A stretch of 64,000 bases of DNA from positions 8,032 through 72,031 of the forward strand of contig CAZFTR010000002.1 in NCBI GenBank assembly GCA_964522405.1, given 5' to 3'. The translations under genes and the position numbers were made by a program. The notes beneath the pieces were generated by a model, which saw nothing but the letters and a program-made list of their open reading frames with translations, was not told the origin of the DNA and ran no database searches. This document shows positions 55,092 to 64,000 of the stretch, in pieces. Each line of letters opens with the position of its first letter. Position 1 is the stretch's first letter. This stretch comes from an uncultured Gammaproteobacteria bacterium (GTDB taxonomy: Bacteria; Patescibacteriota; Patescibacteriia; Magasanikbacterales; UBA922).

Positions 55092-56006
55092 ATGAAGGTG
55101 ATAATTCCCATGTCAGGAGAGGGAAGTAGATTTATAAAAGTTGGCTATACTGTACCCAAGCCAATAATCAGGGTTGATGGAGTTCCAATCATTGAACATG
55201 TCATAGATCTCTTCCCTGGAGATAGTGATTTTGTCTTTGTTTGTAGAGAGGAACATCTGAAAAATACCAATGTTAAGCAAATCTTACTCAATAAATGTCC
55301 TAATGCTCAAATAGTTTCAGAAGTGGGTAGAAAACTAGGTCCAGTGGCTAGTGCTCGAAAAGCCTATGATTATATAGATGATGATGAAGAAGTGATAGTA
55401 AATTACTGTGATTTCTTCATGGCTTGGGATTATGAAGACTTTAAGAAGTTTGTCAGAGGATCAGAATGTGATGCCTGCTTACCAGCTTATACCGGTTTTC
55501 ATACTCATTTATTGCATCCTGAAAATCTCTATGCCAGTATGATAACTGGCCCGGATGGATTTATGACGGAAATCAGAGAAAAATATAGCTTTACTGAAGA
55601 TAAAGCTCTATCTCGCCACTCACCTGGAACTCATTATTTCAAAAAAGGAAAATATGTCAAGAAATATTTTGATCAGCAAGTAGAGCAAGATGTAAATCTC
55701 AATGGAGAATACTATGCCAGTATGACTTTTAATCTTTTAAAAGATGATGGATTGAAAATTTCAGTTTATGATAAAATTCCGCATTTCTGCCAGTGGGGAA
55801 CTGCTCGCGATTTAGAAGAATACGAAGCTTGGTCAAGATTATTTGCCAAAGAGTCAGGAAAAGAAAAAGGCCATACTGACATTCCAAGTTCAAGAGAAGA
55901 TAAAATTAAAATTCCATTTGAAGAAAATTCAGAGCAATATCAAAAATCATATAATTATTGGAAAAAGTTTTTTTCAGATTTTAAATATCATCCATTTAAT
56001 AAATAA
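55092..56006 (+). CDS. sugar-phosphate nucleotidyltransferase-like (NTP_transferase/LicC-like fold)
   Basis: MKVIIPMSGEGSRFIKVGYTVPKPIIRVDGVPIIEHV is the glycine-rich NTP-binding loop and activator motif of the nucleotidyltransferase family. Confidence 0.65.
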   Translation: MKVIIPMSGEGSRFIKVGYTVPKPIIRVDGVPIIEHVIDLFPGDSDFVFVCREEHLKNTNVKQILLNKCPNAQIVSEVGRKLGPVASARKAYDYIDDDEEVIVNYCDFFMAWDYEDFKKFVRGSECDACLPAYTGFHTHLLHPENLYASMITGPDGFMTEIREKYSFTEDKALSRHSPGTHYFKKGKYVKKYFDQQVEQDVNLNGEYYASMTFNLLKDDGLKISVYDKIPHFCQWGTARDLEEYEAWSRLFAKESGKEKGHTDIPSSREDKIKIPFEENSEQYQKSYNYWKKFFSDFKYHPFNK

Positions 56007-56015
56007 TACTAGAAT

Positions 56016-56843
56016 ATGGCAAATATAATGCCAATGGCAGGTGAGGGTTCAAGATTTAGTGGAGCTGGTTACAAATTACCAAAAGCTCTAATTCCGGTTT
56101 CAGGAAAACCAATGATTGTAAGAGTTATAGAATCATTACCTGAATCTGATAAAAATATTTTTATAGTTCGACAGGAGCATATTGATGATTACAAAATTGA
56201 TGAACTTATAAAAAGCGCGGTTGAAGGCGCGGTTATTGTGCCAGTTTCAGAAACTACAGAGGGACAAGCTTCAACTTGTATGCTAGCTATGCCTCATCTC
56301 GATCCTGAAGATGATATGTTTATTGCTGCCTGTGACAATAGTTTTGTTTTTGACAAGCAAAAATACCAGGATTTAATAAGTGATTCCAGTGTAGATTCAA
56401 TTATTTGGACTTTTACTCAAAATCAATTGCTAAAAGATAAGCCAGAAGCATGGGGCTGGATAAAACTAGAGGATGATGGTTTAACTATTGATGACATGTC
56501 AGTAAAAATTCCAGTGTCTGAGGATCCTTTCAATGATCATGCTGTTGTGGCCACTTTTTATTTCAAAAAAGCCAGCGAATTTGAAGAAGCTTATAATTTG
56601 ATGGTAAAAGAAGATTATCGAGTAAACGGCGAATTTTATGTTGATTCTATGCCGGTATTTTACAAAAAACTTGGCAAGAGAAGTGTGATATTTGATGTTG
56701 ATCTCTATATTGGTTGGGGTAAGCCTCAAGATCTCTATGATTATCAGGAAAAAGAATATAATTATTTGCATCACAGGGAAAAGTTTAATCAAGACAAAGA
56801 TGCAGATAAATGGTCTGGATTTTTTATTGAGTTACCTAATTAA
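56016..56843 (+). CDS. sugar-phosphate nucleotidyltransferase-like, paralog of preceding gene
   Basis: MANIMPMAGEGSRFSGAGYKLPKALIPVSGKPMIVRVI has the same signature. Confidence 0.65.
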   Translation: MANIMPMAGEGSRFSGAGYKLPKALIPVSGKPMIVRVIESLPESDKNIFIVRQEHIDDYKIDELIKSAVEGAVIVPVSETTEGQASTCMLAMPHLDPEDDMFIAACDNSFVFDKQKYQDLISDSSVDSIIWTFTQNQLLKDKPEAWGWIKLEDDGLTIDDMSVKIPVSEDPFNDHAVVATFYFKKASEFEEAYNLMVKEDYRVNGEFYVDSMPVFYKKLGKRSVIFDVDLYIGWGKPQDLYDYQEKEYNYLHHREKFNQDKDADKWSGFFIELPN

Positions 56844-56851
56844 TTGGTTTT

Positions 56852-57544
56852 ATGTTAAAAATTGCTAAGAAAAGCCATTTCCTTCAAGAATTAGTAGTGA
56901 AAATCATAGCTTCTATTCATCCGTCAATTGAGCATAATATTGATAAGGTTAAAATGCTTAAAAAAGCTTTTTTTCATTGTGAATTGGAAGAAATTGAAGG
57001 AGCTTATTTTGAATTTGGTACTTATGAAGGAACTTCTCTATATGCAGCAGTGCAAAATCATCGAAAAATAAAATCAAAAATTCCTAGAAAATTTTATGGT
57101 TATGATTCATTTGATGATGGATTTAAATATTTCAATGAAAAAGATCAGCATCCTTTTTTCAAAGAAGGAGATTTTGTAAGTTCATATGAGAAAGCAAAAA
57201 AACGTTTTAAAAAATTTAAAAATGTAGAGTTGATAAAAGGATATTTTGAAGAAACAGTTGGCGGAAAAGATATTAGCCAAATGTATCCGGGTGAAAAATG
57301 CGCCATTATTTTTATAGATTGTGATCTCATGGGTCCTGCACTGGTTTCTCTTGAATTTATTAAGCCTATTTTGCAAAGAGGTTCAGTAATTGTATTAGAT
57401 GATTTTTGGGCATATAGGGGAGATAACAAAAGGGGTACTCGTGGCGCATTGGGAACATTTCTCAAAGATAATCCAAATATCAAGCTGAGAGAATATTATA
57501 ATTATGGACATGGTGGAAAATCATTTATTGTTTCCGAGATTTAG
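56852..57544 (+). CDS. TylF/MycF-family (macrocin O-methyltransferase-like) SAM-dependent methyltransferase
   Basis: FEFGTYEGTSL...IIFIDCDLMGPALVSLEFIKPILQRGSVIVLDDF is the typical Methyltransf_24/TylF pattern. Confidence 0.7.
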   Translation: MLKIAKKSHFLQELVVKIIASIHPSIEHNIDKVKMLKKAFFHCELEEIEGAYFEFGTYEGTSLYAAVQNHRKIKSKIPRKFYGYDSFDDGFKYFNEKDQHPFFKEGDFVSSYEKAKKRFKKFKNVELIKGYFEETVGGKDISQMYPGEKCAIIFIDCDLMGPALVSLEFIKPILQRGSVIVLDDFWAYRGDNKRGTRGALGTFLKDNPNIKLREYYNYGHGGKSFIVSEI

Positions 57545-57550
57545 AGATCT

Positions 57551-59203
57551 ATGATAGCCGGTCTAAAAAAACTAGTTTCAAAATTTAGCAAAAAGCAGTT
57601 TTTGCTAGTTTTTTTATTTTTACTTAGTTTTACATTTTTATTTGGCTTGAGAGTTAATTATAATTCTTATCATTATTCAAATTATGATGCTGATCAATAC
57701 CACACCGTTCATCAAGGTTTGAATTTGCTAGTCAACGGAGAAGTAGAGAATTTTCGGGTTCAGGAAGGTGCTCGTTGGATAGCAAGATTGTCTTATCCAT
57801 ATGCATTGATCAAGATGAATACTGTGATGGGTGGTAATGTTTTTCTTGATGATTGGGATTATCCCGGACATCAGTATGTGGTAAAAAATTACGTCAGTAA
57901 CTATGAGAATTTTAACCACAATTTGATTGATATAAATTTGCGAGATCTTTTCCAAAATATGAAATTGATTTATGTTCTTCTAGTATTTTTGAGTTTTTTG
58001 CCTTTGCTCTATTTGTTTTTTAAGAAAGGGTACTATTTTTTTGTTTTTGGATTAGTTGTTTTACTAGGTATAAATACTCAGTTACTATATGAACAGAGTA
58101 TTTTCTATGTTGAGCCAGCTCTACTTGCCTGTATAAATCTTTTGATTTTTACTTTTTTCTATTATCTGGACAAGCAGAAAATGACCTGGAAAAGCCTGGT
58201 TTTTTGTAGTTTTTTATTGGCTTTTTCTATTTCAGTGAAATTCACAGCATTGCCTCTTATAGCTTTATCGGCAATCAACATTTTTTATTTGGATGAAGAG
58301 AGTAAGAAGAGGTTTTTGAAATTTATCTACCTGCTTTTGGGCTTAGTTGGTTTTTATCTATTGATTAATTTCCCGGCTTTTTCAAGTTTGTCAAAATTTA
58401 ATTTGTTTATTCATGATTTTACTTCAAATTTTTGGCAATATGCAGCTGGCAGTAATTATGAGTATACAGTTGCTCCGGGATTGAATTACCTTAGTTTGAT
58501 GATAAGACAATTAGAGGGTTTGCTGGGGTATGCGCTTTATCTTTTGCCCGTAGTATGGTTTTTTGGTTTGTACTATGCCAATAAAAAAGAAAGGATTTTG
58601 TTACTGAGTTTTTCAGCGGTATTATTGTTTGTGATTTTTGCCCTGACTGGCCAAAGAATTTATATGGTTAGAAATTTAATTCCTTTTTATCCACTATTTC
58701 TTTTAGTTTTCCTGATTAGTTTGGATATTATTTATAGGGGTATTTCATACCCAAAGGGTATTCTCTTTCAGAAGAAAAAGAAAATCATGGTGTTTTCCCT
58801 AGTCATAGCGATTTTTTGGTTGTTTGGAATTGTAAATCATGGACAAGGTCTGCAAGCCTACAAAGAGGCTCTGATTCCGTGTTCGAAAATAGGATTTTTA
58901 GAAGAAATAGATCAAATCACCAAAACCCAAAAATATGATAAAATATACTCTGTTGGGTTTGATCTTGATTTCTTTGAAAATACTGATTTTGTAGATGGTA
59001 TTATCCGGGTAAATAATGCACCACAAAATCTCAACAATGTCAATTATGAGGAGTATCAGTCATTGTTTGCTGAATTGTCTGATAATTCTGTTTTAATGGT
59101 CAATCGAATAGGAAATAACAGCCAGCTAACCAATTATATATTGCCAAAGTATTTTAATCATAACCTGCAATATGGCAATTATTATTTATTTTTTAATAAT
59201 TAG
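57551..59203 (+). CDS. polytopic membrane protein, GT-C-like (hypothetical)
   Basis: 550 aa with at least 10 TMs. Sits upstream of a DPM1-like GT2, consistent with the lipid-linked sugar transferase pairs seen elsewhere in the window. Confidence 0.45.
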   Translation: MIAGLKKLVSKFSKKQFLLVFLFLLSFTFLFGLRVNYNSYHYSNYDADQYHTVHQGLNLLVNGEVENFRVQEGARWIARLSYPYALIKMNTVMGGNVFLDDWDYPGHQYVVKNYVSNYENFNHNLIDINLRDLFQNMKLIYVLLVFLSFLPLLYLFFKKGYYFFVFGLVVLLGINTQLLYEQSIFYVEPALLACINLLIFTFFYYLDKQKMTWKSLVFCSFLLAFSISVKFTALPLIALSAINIFYLDEESKKRFLKFIYLLLGLVGFYLLINFPAFSSLSKFNLFIHDFTSNFWQYAAGSNYEYTVAPGLNYLSLMIRQLEGLLGYALYLLPVVWFFGLYYANKKERILLLSFSAVLLFVIFALTGQRIYMVRNLIPFYPLFLLVFLISLDIIYRGISYPKGILFQKKKKIMVFSLVIAIFWLFGIVNHGQGLQAYKEALIPCSKIGFLEEIDQITKTQKYDKIYSVGFDLDFFENTDFVDGIIRVNNAPQNLNNVNYEEYQSLFAELSDNSVLMVNRIGNNSQLTNYILPKYFNHNLQYGNYYLFFNN

Positions 59204-59206
59204 CAT

Positions 59207-59908
59207 ATGAAATTATCTATTATAGTTCCTTGTTACAATGAGGAGCAGAATTTGGAACTTCTACTTGAGAGTATTGATAATTCCATGAAAAGAGACGATA
59301 TAGAAGTTGTGTTAGTTGATAATGGGTCAACTGATGGCAGCAAAGAAGTTTTAGAAAAAATTGCGCCTCAGTATTCTTATGTTAAGATTGAAACAGTTAA
59401 AGAAAATCAAGGATATGGTTTTGGTATTTTATCAGGATTGAGAGCAGCAACAGGGGAATACCTGGGCTGGATGCATGGAGATCTACAAACTCCTTTTGTA
59501 AATGTTATTCTTGCTCTTGAATTAATTGAAAAATTTGATAATCCTCATAATGTTTTTGTAAAAGGTTGGCGAAAAGAAAGGTCGATTTTTGATAAATTTT
59601 TTAGTTTTGGAATGGGAGTTTTTGAGACTATTTTGCTTCGAACCAAAATGCAGGAAATAAATGCCCAACCAAATATATTTCATAAAAGTTTTTTTGAAAA
59701 ATGGCAAAATCCGCCAAATGATTTTTCTTTGGATCTTTATGTTTTTTATTTGGCAAAAAAATTAAAATTAGATATTTTCAGAATTCCGGTTTTTTTCCCA
59801 GAGAGGAAATTTGGAGAATCAAAATGGAATACCAGTTTTGCCATGAAATGGAAATTTATAAAAAGAACATTGTCATATAGTATGGTTCTGCGAAAGAAGC
59901 TTAAATAA
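59207..59908 (+). CDS. GT2 polyprenol-phosphate glycosyltransferase (DPM1/GtrB-like)
   Basis: MKLSIIVPCYNEEQNLELLLESIDNSMKRDDIEVVLVDNGSTDGS. Confidence 0.8.
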   Translation: MKLSIIVPCYNEEQNLELLLESIDNSMKRDDIEVVLVDNGSTDGSKEVLEKIAPQYSYVKIETVKENQGYGFGILSGLRAATGEYLGWMHGDLQTPFVNVILALELIEKFDNPHNVFVKGWRKERSIFDKFFSFGMGVFETILLRTKMQEINAQPNIFHKSFFEKWQNPPNDFSLDLYVFYLAKKLKLDIFRIPVFFPERKFGESKWNTSFAMKWKFIKRTLSYSMVLRKKLK

Positions 59909-59922
59909 TTAAATTATAAAAT

Positions 59923-61020
59923 ATGAATGAGATATTGAAAAAAATAGACCTATCAAAAAAAGCAATTGAAACCTGGAATTCTTTTTCAGAAGAAGAAAAA
60001 GGTATTTGTTCAGAGTATTTTGAGTTGAAGAAAATTCAAAGATCAGATCTTGAAAATTTCTGGCCATTTAAACATGATTATCAGTACTTTTTGAGTGATG
60101 ACGATATTACTAGAGTAGTTTTTTGTGCTGTAGTTGAAATCTTGAGATACAATCAGTCAAATAAAATGAATAGAGCTTTTGTTGGAAATTCCGGTGGTTT
60201 GGACAGTGCCACGACCTGCGCACTTTTATCAAAAGCCATTAAATTAAGCTCTGATCTGGGAGAGGAATTTTCTGTTGTTTCCTATGGAATGCCGCTTTAC
60301 AGTAATCCAGAGCATGATCTTCGCGCAACTGAAACTGCTAATACCTTTGGAATAAGACATATAAAAGTTGATGGATTAGATCAGGTTTTAGATAGTTTCA
60401 AAAAAGCTGTATTGCCTCTAGCAGAAGACTTTGAATTCAATGAAGAAGAAAAAAGAAGAGGGATTGGAAATGTAAAGGCTAGAATCCGTATGATTATAAA
60501 TTTTTTCGGGACTACAAAGGCGGGAAGTTATGTGGTCTCTACTGATAATTTATCTGAGCTGTATATGGCTTTCTGGACTCTTATGGGTGATGTTGGTGCT
60601 TTTGGTCCGATTCAAAACATACTGAAAGGTTTGGAATTACCATCTATTGCCTATGCACTGGCAGTGCCACAGAAAACCATTGCAGCCAAACCAACAGATG
60701 GTCTTGAGGTTCATAAGTCACTGGATGAGCATGAAGGCGGAGATGCTGATGCTTTTAAGGGTGTTCAATATCCTCATCTTGACGCAGTTATTTGTTACGC
60801 TGCAAAAGCAGGTCTTGATTTAGAAAAATCTGAATTTGTTTCAGTTGATGCAGATCAAATTGCTTCAGAATTTGCATCCCAAGAAATAGTTGATGGTTTA
60901 GTCAGGCAAATGACCAGTCCGGGATCAGTATGGAAAAGAACCAGCGGATCAATTGGTATAGCCATTGCTCGAGATGAGTTGGGATTAGAACCGGTTTCAA
61001 ATATTGTAGATAAATTATAA
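59923..61020 (+). CDS. nadE: NH3-dependent NAD+ synthetase-like PP-loop ATP pyrophosphatase
   Basis: PP-loop FVGNSGGLDSATTCALLSKAI (SGGxDS), then STDNLSELYMAFWTLMGDVGAFGPIQNILKGLELPSIAYALAVP...AKPTDGLE, matching NadE motifs (TDNxSE, YGDGA, PI..L.K..V..LA..L.VP, KPPSA.L). The N-terminal ~80-aa extension is unusual. A PP-loop sugar amidotransferase is the alternative. Confidence 0.6.
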   Translation: MNEILKKIDLSKKAIETWNSFSEEEKGICSEYFELKKIQRSDLENFWPFKHDYQYFLSDDDITRVVFCAVVEILRYNQSNKMNRAFVGNSGGLDSATTCALLSKAIKLSSDLGEEFSVVSYGMPLYSNPEHDLRATETANTFGIRHIKVDGLDQVLDSFKKAVLPLAEDFEFNEEEKRRGIGNVKARIRMIINFFGTTKAGSYVVSTDNLSELYMAFWTLMGDVGAFGPIQNILKGLELPSIAYALAVPQKTIAAKPTDGLEVHKSLDEHEGGDADAFKGVQYPHLDAVICYAAKAGLDLEKSEFVSVDADQIASEFASQEIVDGLVRQMTSPGSVWKRTSGSIGIAIARDELGLEPVSNIVDKL

Positions 61021-61023
61021 TTT

Positions 61024-61881
61024 ATGAAAGTAATTTTAGTTGGAAAAATTCATCCAGAAGCTGAAAAACTATTGTCAGAGCATTTTGATTATCAGCATCT
61101 TGATAATGAGCAATTTTATCAAAGAGAAGATTTTTCAGGTATTCAAGCGATAGCACTTCGTACTTTTACAAATCTCAAAAAAGAACATCTGGATAAAATG
61201 CCAGATTTAAAATTTGTGGTAAATTGCAGTGTTGGTTTTGATAATCTCGATTTAGATGAGATAGAAGAGCGAGGAATTAAGTTGGTTTCATGTTCTGGAA
61301 CAAATTCAAATAGTGTGGCTGAACATACAATTTATCTTTTATGGTCATTGCTGCGAGAAGATCCTAGAGAATTCTTTTCTGAACTAAAAGGAAAAACAAT
61401 TGGAATTATTGGATTTGGAAATATTGGTAAATTAGTTGCCAAAAAGCTCTTGGGAAGTCAGGCCAAGGTGATTGCCTATGACGTAGTTGAGCAAGACAGG
61501 GAAGTCTTGGCAGAATTAAAAACAGAAATAGTAAGTTTGGAAAATCTTTGCAAGGACGCAGATATTATTACAGTCCATGTTCCACTTAATAAGCACACTG
61601 CCGGATTAGTTAATAGAGAATGTTTTGAGAATATGAAAGAGGATGTTTTCTTTATTAATACTTCAAGATCAGAACTTTTAGATGAAGAGGCGCTAATTGA
61701 TAAATATCAAAGACAAGGGTTTAGAGGTTTGGCTTTTGATGTTTATTCAGAAAACCTCAAGAAAAACTTGAAAGCAGGTCATGTGATTTTTACTGATCAT
61801 GTTGGGGCACGTGGAGAAGAGTCTTTTCGAAATATGTGCATTGAGCCAATGAAAAAATTTCTTTCAATTTTGGAAAAATAA
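61024..61881 (+). CDS. D-isomer-specific 2-hydroxyacid dehydrogenase family (NAD-binding)
   Basis: GKTIGIIGFGNIGKLVAKKL Rossmann motif. The catalytic H/E/R pattern is consistent with the family (e.g. HVGARGEES). Confidence 0.8.
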   Translation: MKVILVGKIHPEAEKLLSEHFDYQHLDNEQFYQREDFSGIQAIALRTFTNLKKEHLDKMPDLKFVVNCSVGFDNLDLDEIEERGIKLVSCSGTNSNSVAEHTIYLLWSLLREDPREFFSELKGKTIGIIGFGNIGKLVAKKLLGSQAKVIAYDVVEQDREVLAELKTEIVSLENLCKDADIITVHVPLNKHTAGLVNRECFENMKEDVFFINTSRSELLDEEALIDKYQRQGFRGLAFDVYSENLKKNLKAGHVIFTDHVGARGEESFRNMCIEPMKKFLSILEK

Positions 61882-61887
61882 TCAGTT

Positions 61888-63087
61888 ATGATTAATCCCA
61901 AGAATTTTTTGATAATTTATTCTAATAAAATATTGCGAAAATTAGCTCGTCTGTTGTTTAAGATTGAATTGAAATATAATTATCAGCCGATCTATGGTTT
62001 TTACCATACCGGAAACAAACATGATAAGCAAGCTTTGCTCTCATATAGAGTTTTGCAAGTTAGAGAACAGTCTCGAAAAACTTGGAGTTCAGGCGCAGAT
62101 ATACATGATATTCTTCGGGTATTGAGTGATTTGGGATATAAAACAGATATAATTCATTCAGAAGATGATAGTTTTGAGCCAAAAAAATCATATGATCTTT
62201 TGATGGCACATGGTGGCAAAAATCTTAAAAAACTTTTTCAATCAGTTCCAGAAAAAACCATTAAGATTTTTTACCCAAATAGCGCTTATTGGAAATTTCA
62301 AAACAAAGAAGAACAAAAAAGAATTGATGAATTGGAAGAAAGAAAAGGCAAGATAGTTCATCCTGAGAGATTAATAAGTGAAAGTTATGAAGATTATGCT
62401 CTAGAAAATGCTGATGGCGTCATACTTTTGAGTAATGACAGAGGTAGAAAAACTTATCCCAATCCTCAAACAATTTTAAATTTGGAAGGGGCTTCATTTT
62501 CAGAAAAAAAATACTTGGCTGATCTTGAATCAAAGGACTATCAGTCAGCAAAAAATGGTTTTTTGATTTTGAGCGGTTCTGGAAATGTTCACAAAGGTTT
62601 GGATTTACTCTTAGAAGTGTTTGCCAAAAAGCCAGAGAAAGATCTGTACATTTGCTGCAAACTGGAAGAAGATTTTAAAAAAACCTATGATCAAGAATTG
62701 TTTAAAACTGCAAATATTCACTATATTGGACATATAGCGCTCTACCAAAAACAACATTTTGATTTATTGAATAAATGTAATTACCTAATTTTCCCAAGCG
62801 CTAGCGAAGGAAGCCCCGGTTCAGTTGCTGACTCTATGATGCAGGGGTTAATTCCAATTGTTAGTAGGAATTCACATATGGATGTAGATGGGTTTGGAGA
62901 ATATCTGGATCCTTGTTCAATAGAAAATATTTCTAGAGTTGTTGATCAAATTTCAAATCACGATGTGCAATGGTATAAACAAAAAAGTTTAAAATCGCGA
63001 GAAGAAGCAATGAAAAGATTTTCACAGAAATTATTTAGAAATAGATTAAAACAACATATATCAAATATCATTGATCAGAAGAAATAA
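61888..63087 (+). CDS. glycosyltransferase, GT4-like
   Basis: FPSASEGSPGSVADSMMQGLIPIVS is an E-x7-E-like C-terminal motif. Confidence 0.6.
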   Translation: MINPKNFLIIYSNKILRKLARLLFKIELKYNYQPIYGFYHTGNKHDKQALLSYRVLQVREQSRKTWSSGADIHDILRVLSDLGYKTDIIHSEDDSFEPKKSYDLLMAHGGKNLKKLFQSVPEKTIKIFYPNSAYWKFQNKEEQKRIDELEERKGKIVHPERLISESYEDYALENADGVILLSNDRGRKTYPNPQTILNLEGASFSEKKYLADLESKDYQSAKNGFLILSGSGNVHKGLDLLLEVFAKKPEKDLYICCKLEEDFKKTYDQELFKTANIHYIGHIALYQKQHFDLLNKCNYLIFPSASEGSPGSVADSMMQGLIPIVSRNSHMDVDGFGEYLDPCSIENISRVVDQISNHDVQWYKQKSLKSREEAMKRFSQKLFRNRLKQHISNIIDQKK

Positions 63088-63784
63088 TCCTATGGAAGAA
63101 AAACAGTTAAATTCAATGGCAGAGTATTATGAAGAATGGTGGGAAAATCCTCGTGATCCAAGAGGCAGGGTTTTTGCAAAATTAAATCAGTTGGTTGGAA
63201 ATAGAATTCCCAAAACCGAAAATGGAGAGGCTCTAGATCTTGGCTCAGGCTGTGGTGCTATAATTGAAAGATTAGCTACCAAAGGCTATAATGTCACAGG
63301 TGTTGAATATGGAAAAGAGGCTGCCCAGAAGCTAAAAATGCGTTTTCCAAAAGCTGAGATAGTGCAAGCCGACCTCAACAAATGGGAAATAGACAGAAGC
63401 TATGAACTAGTAACGGCTATTGAGTTGGTGCAAAATTTCACAGAAGAGGAGCTTTTAAAATTACTTATCAAAATAAAACCAAAAACAAAAAGACTTATTA
63501 TAACTTGCCCAAATTACAATTCCTTGCAAGGAAGATGGGTCACTTGGAGAAAGTTCAAAGCTCCTTTTGTTCATCTCTATCGTCCCAGAAAATTTGAGGA
63601 AATTGTCGAAAAAGCAGGTTTTAAAATAACTTACAGAGCCGGAGTTGGGTTTCTAATGCCAATTACATTGTTGTCCGGTTTCAAAGTGCAATTGATTCCA
63701 AGTTTTATGGTCAAATATCTAAATAAGATATTGGATCCGATTTTTCCAAAATTATGCGCGCTTTATTATATTGAGGTTGAATAA
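63071..63784 (+). CDS. class I SAM-dependent methyltransferase
   Basis: ALDLGSGCGAIIERLATKGYNVTGVEY is motif I. Confidence 0.8.
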   Translation: MIRRNNPMEEKQLNSMAEYYEEWWENPRDPRGRVFAKLNQLVGNRIPKTENGEALDLGSGCGAIIERLATKGYNVTGVEYGKEAAQKLKMRFPKAEIVQADLNKWEIDRSYELVTAIELVQNFTEEELLKLLIKIKPKTKRLIITCPNYNSLQGRWVTWRKFKAPFVHLYRPRKFEEIVEKAGFKITYRAGVGFLMPITLLSGFKVQLIPSFMVKYLNKILDPIFPKLCALYYIEVE

Positions 63785-63793
63785 TTTAAAATT

Positions 63794-64000
63794 ATGTTAG
63801 AAATTTCAAATTTAATTTGTACAACTGATGAGACTATTGAAGCTGTTTTCCAAAAAATGGATGACAAAGATTCTAATATTCTTTTTGTGGTAGATCAAAA
63901 AGATCGCTTAGTTGGAAGAGTTGAAAAAAGTCTTCTAAGATCAAAAGTATTAAGTGGAATTTCTTCAGGAGATAGTATCAGCGATTTTGTGGAAAAGGAT
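63794..64000 (+). CDS. CBS-domain-like protein, 3' partial
   Basis: ATG at 63794, open to the end of the window. ILFVVDQKDRLVGRV resembles a CBS pair motif. Confidence 0.4.
   Translation, partial: MLEISNLICTTDETIEAVFQKMDDKDSNILFVVDQKDRLVGRVEKSLLRSKVLSGISSGDSISDFVEKD

Overview
This 64-kb window comes from an AT-rich genome, roughly one-third G+C by eye. It is dominated by cell-envelope glycosylation genes: many GT2 and GT4 glycosyltransferases, several multi-TM membrane proteins of which one (ArnT/PMT-like) shows a GT-C signature, two tandem O-antigen-ligase/TPR proteins, a Wzx-like flippase, and sugar-nucleotide pathways (GDP-fucose genes gmd/fcl plus a second Gmd paralog, and a CDP-3,6-dideoxyhexose operon ddhA-ddhB-ddhC with an SDR reductase). 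It also encodes an ECF sigma factor with a putative anti-sigma factor and a 1503-aa surface protein, two small HTH_17 regulators, and several large secreted repeat proteins. This gene content is typical of small-genome Patescibacteria/CPR-like bacteria, but I cannot confirm taxonomy from sequence alone.

Three single-gene islands of roughly 60-68% G+C (by eye) interrupt this background, with abrupt composition boundaries: (i) 5.3-8.7 kb, a 1032-aa cysteine-rich CTDC/TSP3-repeat lipoprotein with perfect internal 150-bp-period duplications; (ii) 40.3-40.9 kb, a Gmm/WcaH-like NUDIX hydrolase sitting directly beside its AT-rich native paralog; (iii) 53.85-54.96 kb, an unidentified 334-aa enzyme bracketed by perfect 13-bp inverted repeats. 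Each island carries its own GC-rich terminator hairpins. Islands ii and iii are joined to AT-rich, native-looking SD/promoter-like sequence within about 25 nt of the start codon.

I found no integrase, transposase, CRISPR array or rRNA. There is one tRNA-like but non-canonical structured RNA (3834-3978), a second structured-RNA candidate (45016-45113), and a highly structured ~240-nt leader in front of the big surface-protein gene. Many ORF-track start codons are TTG translated as M, and several 5' ends were trimmed accordingly.
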